Shown here one piece after another: positions 18,258 to 24,785 of a stretch of DNA of 31,495 nucleotides. Where the stretch lies: the UHGV virus genome UHGV-0019118, one strand, 5' to 3'. The notes under the pieces were generated by a model. The model was given only the letters and a program-made list of their open reading frames with translations, searched no databases and was not told the origin of the DNA. Source of the stretch: a virus. Position 1 is the first letter of the stretch. Every line of letters starts with the position of its first letter. Position numbers and translations under genes: made by a program.

Positions 18258-20027
18258 ATGACCATTTCCACCGATACAACCTTGTTGCATGACCCGCGAC
18301 GGCAGGCATCGCTGCTTTACTGGCAGGGTTTTTCCGTGCCACAGATTGCCGAAATGCTGCAGGTCAAGCGCCCGACCGTGCAGAGCTGGAAGCAGCGCGA
18401 CGGCTGGGACGGCATCGCGCCGATTTCCCGCGTTGAAAGCAGCCTTGAGGCCAGGCTGATTCAGCTCATCGCCAAGCCGCAAAAGACAGGGGGGGATTTC
18501 AAAGAGATTGACCTGCTCGGACGGCAGATTGAACGGTTGGCGCGAGTCAACCGCTACAGCCAGACCGGCAACGAAGCCGACCTTAACCCCAACGTCGCCA
18601 ACCGCAACAAAGGGGAGCGCAAAAAGCCGAAAAAGAATTTTTTCAGCGACGAGGCTATCGATAAACTAGAGGAATTATTTTTCGACCAGTCTTTCGAGTA
18701 CCAGTTGCAGTGGTACCGCGCAGGACTGGAGCACCGTATTCGTGACATTCTCAAATCCCGCCAGATTGGCGCGACATTCTATTTCTCCCGCGAGGCACTG
18801 CTGCGCGCACTCAAAACCGGCCATAACCAGATATTTTTATCAGCCAGTAAAACGCAGGCTTACGTGTTCCGCGAATACATCATCCAGTTTGCGCGACTGG
18901 TCGACGTTGACCTGACTGGCGACCCGATTGTCATCGGTAACAACGGCGCAAAACTGATTTTTCTCGGTACCAATTCCAACACCGCGCAGAGCCATAACGG
19001 CGATCTGTATGTCGATGAAATATTCTGGATCCCGAATTTTCAGAAACTGCGCAAAGTCGCCTCGGGCATGGCCTCGCAAAAGCACCTGCGCTCGACCTAT
19101 TTTTCGACACCTTCCACGCTGGCGCACGGCGCTTACCCCTTCTGGTCTGGCGAGCTGTTCAACAAGGGGCGCAGCCGGATTGCCGACCGCATCGAAATCG
19201 ACATCAGTCACAGCGCGCTCGCCGGTGGCCAGCTCTGCGACGATGGCCAGTGGCGGCAGATTGTCACCATTGAGGACGCCCTTGCGGGTGGCTGCACCCT
19301 GTTCGACCTCGACCAGCTCAAACGCGAAAACAGTGATGAGGACTTTAAGAACCTGTTTATGTGCGAGTTTGTCGACGATAAAGCGTCGGTATTCCCGTTC
19401 GAGGAGCTGCAGCGCTGCATGGTCGATGTGATGGAGGAATGGGAGGACTTTGCCCCGTTCGCCGACCATCCGTTCGGCTCTCGTCCTGTCTGGATTGGCT
19501 ACGACCCGTCACACACCGGCGACAGTGCCGGGTGCGTCGTGCTCGCGCCGCCGGTGGTCTCTGGTGGCAAGTTCCGCATGCTGGAGCGCCACCAGTGGAA
19601 AGGCATGGACTTTGCCGCGCAGGCCGAGGGCATACGCAAACTGACCGAGAAATACAACGTCGAATACATCGGCATAGACGCAACCGGCCTCGGTCTCGGC
19701 GTGTTCCAGTTGGTGCGCTCATTCTACCCGGCGGCACGCGGCATCCGTTACACACCTGAGATGAAAACCGCGATGGTGCTCAAGGCAAAAGACACCATTC
19801 GCCGCGGCTGTCTGGAGTACGACGCCGGGGCGACCGACGTCACGCAGTCGTTTATGTCCATCCGCAAAACCATGACCAGCAGCGGGCGCAGCGCCACCTA
19901 CGAGGCCAGCCGCACCGAGGAAGCCAGTCACGCCGATATCGCATGGGCGACCATGCACGCCCTGTTAAACGAACCGCTTTCCGCCGGTAGCGGCATGCAG
20001 CCTAAATCCATTCTGGAGTTTAATTAA
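18258..20027 (+). CDS. P: Terminase large (ATPase) subunit P
   Basis: 589 aa; N-terminus MTISTDTTLLHDPRRQASLLYWQGFSVPQIAEMLQVKRPTVQSWKQRDGWD resembles P2 gpP. Confidence 0.9.
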   Translation: MTISTDTTLLHDPRRQASLLYWQGFSVPQIAEMLQVKRPTVQSWKQRDGWDGIAPISRVESSLEARLIQLIAKPQKTGGDFKEIDLLGRQIERLARVNRYSQTGNEADLNPNVANRNKGERKKPKKNFFSDEAIDKLEELFFDQSFEYQLQWYRAGLEHRIRDILKSRQIGATFYFSREALLRALKTGHNQIFLSASKTQAYVFREYIIQFARLVDVDLTGDPIVIGNNGAKLIFLGTNSNTAQSHNGDLYVDEIFWIPNFQKLRKVASGMASQKHLRSTYFSTPSTLAHGAYPFWSGELFNKGRSRIADRIEIDISHSALAGGQLCDDGQWRQIVTIEDALAGGCTLFDLDQLKRENSDEDFKNLFMCEFVDDKASVFPFEELQRCMVDVMEEWEDFAPFADHPFGSRPVWIGYDPSHTGDSAGCVVLAPPVVSGGKFRMLERHQWKGMDFAAQAEGIRKLTEKYNVEYIGIDATGLGLGVFQLVRSFYPAARGIRYTPEMKTAMVLKAKDTIRRGCLEYDAGATDVTQSFMSIRKTMTSSGRSATYEASRTEEASHADIAWATMHALLNEPLSAGSGMQPKSILEFN

Positions 20028-20773
20028 TGAAAAATAACGTTTTCTCACAAAGCCAGATTCAGGCAATGGCCGATATTCTGCACAATGACAGCTTTGACTA
20101 TCAGTCAACATGGTTGCGTGTCGGGAAACTCAATATCGACCGCAGCATCACCAAATCGCGCCAGACTGGCGCAACGCAGCTCTTTAGCCGTGAGGCGCTG
20201 CTTGATGCGCTGACAACGGGCGATAACCAGGTCTGGTTTGCTCACACCGTTGAGCATGCGCGGGTGGCGCTGATGTACATGCATAACCTTTCGGCGCGCG
20301 TCGGTGTCAGCCTTACGAGCAACGGCCACAGCCTGCAGCTCGACGACGGTGCGGTTATCAGCTTTGTCGGTGAGGAATCCCATTGCGCCGCGCTGGCGGG
20401 TAACGTCTACCTTGATGAGTTCGGATGGTTCAGTAACCCGCTAAGAGCGGCAAAAGTCGCGGCGGCTATCGCCTGCCATAAACGCCACAATCTGACGATG
20501 TTCACCTCGCCCTCTGATAATTATGACGCATTCCGGGTGTGGAACGGCACGTTCCGCAATCACCGACCGTCACCGCTAATTAATACCGGCGACAGCGTAT
20601 TTTGCACAGATGGTGTCTGGCGTCAGTCGGTCACTCTGGATGCAGCATGCCAGCGTGGATGCAATCTTTTTGCACCTGAGGAAATTAAACGCGAATACAG
20701 CGACGATAATTATCGTCTGCTGTTTGGCTGCGACTGGTCTTTCGCTGTTGCAGCGGGTGAGGTGGCAGCATGA
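20027..20773 (+). CDS. Paralogue of the terminase large subunit covering only its central ATPase region
   Basis: 248 aa; aligns by eye to P residues about 125-372 (KSRQTGATQLFSREALLDALTTGDNQ vs KSRQIGATFYFSREALLRALKTGHNQ; VYLDEFGWFSNP vs LYVDEIFWIPNF; DGVWRQSVTLDAA..GCNLF vs DGQWRQIVTIEDA..GCTLF); start overlaps the P stop (TAATG) and stop overlaps the Q start (ATGA). Confidence 0.6.
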   Translation: MKNNVFSQSQIQAMADILHNDSFDYQSTWLRVGKLNIDRSITKSRQTGATQLFSREALLDALTTGDNQVWFAHTVEHARVALMYMHNLSARVGVSLTSNGHSLQLDDGAVISFVGEESHCAALAGNVYLDEFGWFSNPLRAAKVAAAIACHKRHNLTMFTSPSDNYDAFRVWNGTFRNHRPSPLINTGDSVFCTDGVWRQSVTLDAACQRGCNLFAPEEIKREYSDDNYRLLFGCDWSFAVAAGEVAA

Positions 20774-21792
20774 GCAAGCGCAAGCCACGCAAAACAGTCG
20801 CCACGACCGCCAGCGCCCCGCAAAAAATGGAGGCGTTCACCTTCGGCGAGCCGGTGCCGGTGCTCGACAAGCGCGACATTCTGGATTACGTCGAGTGCAT
20901 CAGTAACGGCAAATGGTACGAGCCGCCGGTCAGCTTCTCCGGGCTGGCAAAGAGCCTGCGCTCTGCTGTACATCACAGCTCACCGATTTACGTTAAGCGC
21001 AACGTGCTCGCGAGCACCTACATTCCGCACCCGCTGTTATCCCGTCAGGATTTCAGCCGCTTTGCACTCGACTATCTTGTTTTTGGTAACGCCTTTCTTG
21101 AGCAGCGCCACAGCGTTACCGGCCAGCTAATCAAGCTACTGGCCTCACCGGCCAAATACACCCGGCGCGGGGTCGACGATTCGATTTTCTGGTTTGTGGA
21201 AAACTTCACTCTACCGCATGAGTTCGCGCCTGATACCGTGTTTCACCTGCTGGAGCCCGATATTAATCAGGAAATTTACGGCCTGCCCGAATATCTCAGC
21301 GCGCTTAATTCCGCCTGGCTGAATGAATCCGCGACGCTGTTCCGCCGCAAGTATTACCAGAACGGCGCGCACGCGGGTTACATCATGTATGTGACCGACC
21401 CGGCGCAAAGTGCGACCGACGTCGAATCGCTGCGCGAGGCGATGCGCAATTCGAAAGGTCTCGGCAACTTTAAGAACCTGTTTTTCTACGCCCCCGGCGG
21501 AAAACCGGACGGCATCAAAATCGTGCCACTGAGCGAGGTCGCTACAAAGGATGACTTTTTCAACATCAAGAAAGCCAGTGCCGCCGACCTGATGGACGCA
21601 CACCGCGTACCGTTCCAGCTCATGGGCGGCAAGCCCGAGAATATCGGCTCACTCGGCGACGTTGAGAAGGTGGCAAAGGTATTCGTGCGTAACGAGCTGT
21701 CACCCCTGCAGGACAGGTTCAGGGAGGTAAACGACTGGCTCGGCATGGAGGTCATCAGGTTCAAAGAGTACACCCTCGACAACCCGGAATAA
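20770..21792 (+). CDS. Q: Portal protein Q
   Basis: 340 aa, MSKRKPRKT... N-terminus, last gene before cos as in P2. Confidence 0.85.
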   Translation: MSKRKPRKTVATTASAPQKMEAFTFGEPVPVLDKRDILDYVECISNGKWYEPPVSFSGLAKSLRSAVHHSSPIYVKRNVLASTYIPHPLLSRQDFSRFALDYLVFGNAFLEQRHSVTGQLIKLLASPAKYTRRGVDDSIFWFVENFTLPHEFAPDTVFHLLEPDINQEIYGLPEYLSALNSAWLNESATLFRRKYYQNGAHAGYIMYVTDPAQSATDVESLREAMRNSKGLGNFKNLFFYAPGGKPDGIKIVPLSEVATKDDFFNIKKASAADLMDAHRVPFQLMGGKPENIGSLGDVEKVAKVFVRNELSPLQDRFREVNDWLGMEVIRFKEYTLDNPE

Positions 21793-21799
21793 CCCCCTC

Positions 21800-21823
21800 A
21801 AGCCGCCATTATGGCGGCTTTTA
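21800..21823. terminator. Hairpin terminator downstream of Q
   Basis: Inverted repeat agccgccat t atggcggct followed by TTTT. Confidence 0.5.
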
Positions 21824-21839
21824 CATACAAAACTTAAAC

Positions 21840-23075
21840 TTAGGCTTTGCTATTTATCATTCTGATATAACTAGGCATGCGAGGATCTGAAATTTTATAT
21901 ACCCCTCTGGCAGCCTTTGTAAGGATCGCTCCTTTATCAGCCCTAGTAAAACGCCCAATATAGTTACTCATGTGATAGTTACTCAATAAAACCCCCGTAT
22001 CTTCTCGAATTTGGGCAATCCATTCTTGAATGGTAAATTTATTATCTTTGAATTTTGCTGCTGCATAAAGTATTGATGGATAAATATCAGTTCTGGATGA
22101 AGTAACTGCGTTCTCATAGTCTCTTTTAAGTTGTCCCTCGGTGTTTATTACAGCTCGCTTCAAAGCTTCAGGAAGAATGTCGGAATTTACTTCGCTTTTA
22201 CCAGATGATAAAGCTATATCTGCAGATTCCTTTCCTATAAGATGTGTAAAATATGGAAAACCATTGCTAATTTCAACTATAGAGTTTTTAACTTCACGAC
22301 TAAATGTTATACCCAAGCCATGCTCGCCAGTCTCAATTATTTCATGTAAATATTTATCTTCAATTCGAGAGAGTTGAATTTCATGGAGGCATCTGTTCAC
22401 AGAAGGATGACCTGCTATCAACGAAGCACCGTCACTGGAAATGCCAACTAACAAAATCTTCAAAGGACTATTGGAATCACTAAGTTGTTTAACAAATTCA
22501 GCGACATCATGCTTAACGTCATCACTGACAACATCAAATTCATCTATTAAAAGTATTGCATTCAATTCTTCAAGCGCAAAACAGGCTTTACTTGGAGTAA
22601 GGTCTTCTTTTTCTATCGTGATTTTCTCTTCGGCAGAAACGTCCGCTCTAAATAATTTCAAAACATTAAGCCCAATACCTGCTTTTTTGGTAGTCTCTCT
22701 TTTATTTGCGGCATATTCACTATCAATAAATATAGCTGGCCTTGCAATTATATCTTTGAATTTTGTTTTTTTATCACATCGCACTACAAAAATGTTACTA
22801 GGTAACACACCTTCATTTTTCCCTCCCTCTAAAGTAGATAAGGCGAGCGAGCTTTTCCCAATCCCTCTCTCTCCATAAATCATGCAATGCTTACCATCAG
22901 TAGTTAAGGTGTCGAGGATATGTTCCACCTCGTTATCACGCCCTTTCAAATGGGTAGGTGCCTCAATAGGTTTAGACGGTGTAAAATATAAATCAACATT
23001 TTTAATTTTATTTTTTTTGGCTTTAAAATTACTGAATATGCTGCTGGTAGTTGTCATTTCCGCATCCCATTGCAA
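21840..23075 (-). CDS. Predicted P-loop NTPase (AAA-type ATPase with uncharacterised C-terminal half); AT-rich cargo gene between Q and cos
   Basis: Walker A GERGIGKSSLA and Walker B ILLIDEFDVV; track start is TTG at 23075, more likely ATG at 23055-23057; candidate promoter TTGCAC-N17-TTTAAT just upstream. Confidence 0.65.
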   Translation of the reverse strand: MQWDAEMTTTSSIFSNFKAKKNKIKNVDLYFTPSKPIEAPTHLKGRDNEVEHILDTLTTDGKHCMIYGERGIGKSSLALSTLEGGKNEGVLPSNIFVVRCDKKTKFKDIIARPAIFIDSEYAANKRETTKKAGIGLNVLKLFRADVSAEEKITIEKEDLTPSKACFALEELNAILLIDEFDVVSDDVKHDVAEFVKQLSDSNSPLKILLVGISSDGASLIAGHPSVNRCLHEIQLSRIEDKYLHEIIETGEHGLGITFSREVKNSIVEISNGFPYFTHLIGKESADIALSSGKSEVNSDILPEALKRAVINTEGQLKRDYENAVTSSRTDIYPSILYAAAKFKDNKFTIQEWIAQIREDTGVLLSNYHMSNYIGRFTRADKGAILTKAARGVYKISDPRMPSYIRMINSKA

Positions 23076-23175
23076 AAAGTTAACTCATTAAAAGAAAAAT
23101 TTAGAGTAAGTGCAACACCTATTTTCGGAGCTTGTCACAAGATTTACTACTGAAGTGTAACCGCTTTGGCGCGCA

Positions 23176-23194
23176 ATGCTTTCCCCGCCACGCC
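23176..23194. other. cos cohesive-end site
   Basis: atgctttccccgccacgcc is the reverse complement of GGCGTGGCGGGGAAAGCAT; 17/19 identical to the P2 cohesive end and identical to the 186 cohesive end as I recall it. Confidence 0.65.
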
Positions 23195-23353
23195 TGCCCG
23201 CTTTATGGGTCGGTTTTAATGCAGTTGCATGACAACTCTGGATCCGCGCTAGCTCTGGCGCGCACGGACAGAACGGGCAAGACTGACGCATGCAAAACCA
23301 TGCACCTGATGCATGCACGACTAAAAAACGGGAAATTCGCGGAAAAATGGCAT

Positions 23354-23384
23354 AAAAAAACCGGCATTCAGGGTGCCGGTTTTA
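23354..23384 (-). terminator. Rho-independent terminator ending the SOS-controlled minus-strand operon
   Basis: Stem accggca/tgccggt; on the minus strand it is followed by seven T residues. Confidence 0.5.
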
Positions 23385-23401
23385 GTCTGGTTTTGTCGCG
23401 A

Positions 23402-23503
23402 TTAATGGCCGCGCAATGCGCCAATAACACTGTTGAGGCACATGCTGGCAACAATCATCAGAAAAATCGTCGTCCACGGATTTTCATAAACGAGAGATAA
23501 CAT
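23402..23503 (-). CDS. Possible 33-aa hydrophobic peptide
   Basis: ATG at 23501-23503, AAGAGGA about 11 nt upstream, translation MLSLVYENPWTTIFLMIVASMCLNSVIGALRGH, stop just before the terminator; not on the ORF track (under the length cut-off). Confidence 0.3.
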   Translation of the reverse strand: MLSLVYENPWTTIFLMIVASMCLNSVIGALRGH

Positions 23504-23519
23504 ATTTATATAGTTCCTC

Positions 23520-23804
23520 TTATTTGCGCATTCTGATGTGATTTAACAGGTGTTTGATAACGACTGATAGCTCATCTTTACCGGCCTGCTCGACCATTTT
23601 TGCGGTGTAGCTTTCCACCTCGCGAGAGCTCAGGTCGTTATTTAAAGCCATTAAAGTCAGATTCTTTGCCCAATCGGCAAACGGGTCATTTTTCGATGAA
23701 AGGGGATTTTGCATGTCCAAAAACCTCGAATTATTTAACCAGCAGACGGTTGAAGTATTTGCGACGCTATGACCGGCTAACGCCTCGCGTAGCTCGTTGT
23801 TCAA
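23520..23804 (-). CDS. Hypothetical small protein in the SOS operon
   Basis: ORF-track entry; a more plausible start is the ATG at 23712-23714 (GAGG upstream), giving about 63 aa. Confidence 0.35.
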   Translation of the reverse strand: MNNELREALAGHSVANTSTVCWLNNSRFLDMQNPLSSKNDPFADWAKNLTLMALNNDLSSREVESYTAKMVEQAGKDELSVVIKHLLNHIRMRK

Positions 23805-23847
23805 CCCCGCCAGACCTGAAAGCGAGTTTCAGCTCCGGCGGCGTTAT

Positions 23848-24057
23848 CTATGGTCGACGTGGTGGCGGTGAGTAATGTGTCGGCTTGCTGATGCTATCCA
23901 GCTTGCCGTAATTATCCCTGACTATTTCGGCACACCCGACCAGCTCGGCGGGTGTCAAATTCTCATTGACCATTATCTGCTGCAGACGATGAACGATGGC
24001 CATCAGTTTGATGCTTTTAGTTTTGTGCTGCGGAATTTCACCTGGTAGTCGATGCAT
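23848..24057 (-). CDS. Hypothetical small protein in the SOS operon
   Basis: 69-aa ORF with GAGGG 7 nt upstream of the ATG. Confidence 0.35.
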   Translation of the reverse strand: MHRLPGEIPQHKTKSIKLMAIVHRLQQIMVNENLTPAELVGCAEIVRDNYGKLDSISKPTHYSPPPRRP

Positions 24058-24256
24058 ATTATCACCCTCAATGAATTTTAATCAGTGCCGTCAAAACGCC
24101 ACTATAAAACCATCTCAGGTCATGCCTCATTAATCATGGGGGTGTCATCAATAGCACATTGAGAAATTTTGAAAGGCATGACTTAAGCCTCGTGGGCTCG
24201 TTACTCAACCCCGCCGACGCAAAAAGCTAGTTTTTGCGCCAGCACGGTTATTATGT

Positions 24257-24487
24257 TTAACGCCAGCTATCGTCTTCCCAAATCTCTTGTAATATGCTGC
24301 CTAATGTTTCTCTGTCCGCCTCTTTATCGAATCCGATAGCCTCTACACCAGTCATTGACCCTTTCTTAACGTTAACTTTTGTTGCAGGAAAAACGCATTG
24401 TACTCGATGTGTTATTTCATTCTGAAAAGCATCAATGATCTGTTGCCCTAATTTTTGCTCTTTATCCAACGTGATATTGATTCTCAT
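24257..24487 (-). CDS. DinI-family (DNA-damage-inducible protein I-like) protein
   Basis: 76 aa; MRINITLDKEQKL...ITHRVQCVFP...LQEIWEDDSWR follows the DinI pattern (MRIEV...RIQYAFP...LQETWE...W). Confidence 0.7.
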   Translation of the reverse strand: MRINITLDKEQKLGQQIIDAFQNEITHRVQCVFPATKVNVKKGSMTGVEAIGFDKEADRETLGSILQEIWEDDSWR

Positions 24488-24490
24488 AAT

Positions 24491-24673
24491 CTAATCAGCC
24501 TTATAAAAATTATCATCTTCGGTTTCGTTATTTTCGCTGTTTGCTAGGTCTGCAATGAGAGTGAGCGCGAGCTTTAAGTCTGATGGCTTGCAGTTTGCAA
24601 TCAGAGATACCTCGGCAATAAATTGCACACAAGCCCACTTTTGCTGCGTTCGGCTGAAATGTTCGCCAACCAT
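24491..24673 (-). CDS. Hypothetical 60-aa protein, first gene after the LexA box
   Basis: GGGAGG 6 nt upstream of the ATG; stop lies 3 nt before the DinI-like ATG. Confidence 0.45.
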   Translation of the reverse strand: MVGEHFSRTQQKWACVQFIAEVSLIANCKPSDLKLALTLIADLANSENNETEDDNFYKAD

Positions 24674-24692
24674 GAAATCCCTCCCATAGGGT

Positions 24693-24712
24693 TACTGTAT
24701 GTTTATACAGTA
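24693..24712. promoter_or_regulatory. LexA (SOS) box
   Basis: TACTGTATGTTTATACAGTA matches the consensus TACTGTATATATATACAGTA at 18/20 positions, with CTGT-N8-ACAG intact; lies about 20 bp upstream of the 60-aa ORF. Confidence 0.7.
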
Positions 24713-24785
24713 TCACGTATTGGCAAAAGATGGGAAGAAAAAAACGAATAGAGCGATTGCTGTATGTGCATGATATGGATATGAA

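Noticed and set aside
18840-19469. 209-aa minus-strand ORF (and nested 19208-19755 ORFs) inside terminase gene P
   Set aside because: Entirely within and antisense to the P coding sequence; Arg/Pro/Cys-rich translations typical of GC-rich off-frame reading.
23132-23500. 122-aa plus-strand ORF covering the cos region
   Set aside because: Starts at a TTG, runs through the cos 19-mer and a terminator hairpin, has no SD, and overlaps the better-supported minus-strand small ORF and terminator.
24058-24256. About 200-bp spacer inside the SOS operon considered as a possible small-RNA gene
   Set aside because: It contains a perfect hairpin (cgcaaaaa-gctag-tttttgcg, about 24228-24248) but no flanking U-run or promoter I could define; kept only as a note within the SOS-operon finding.
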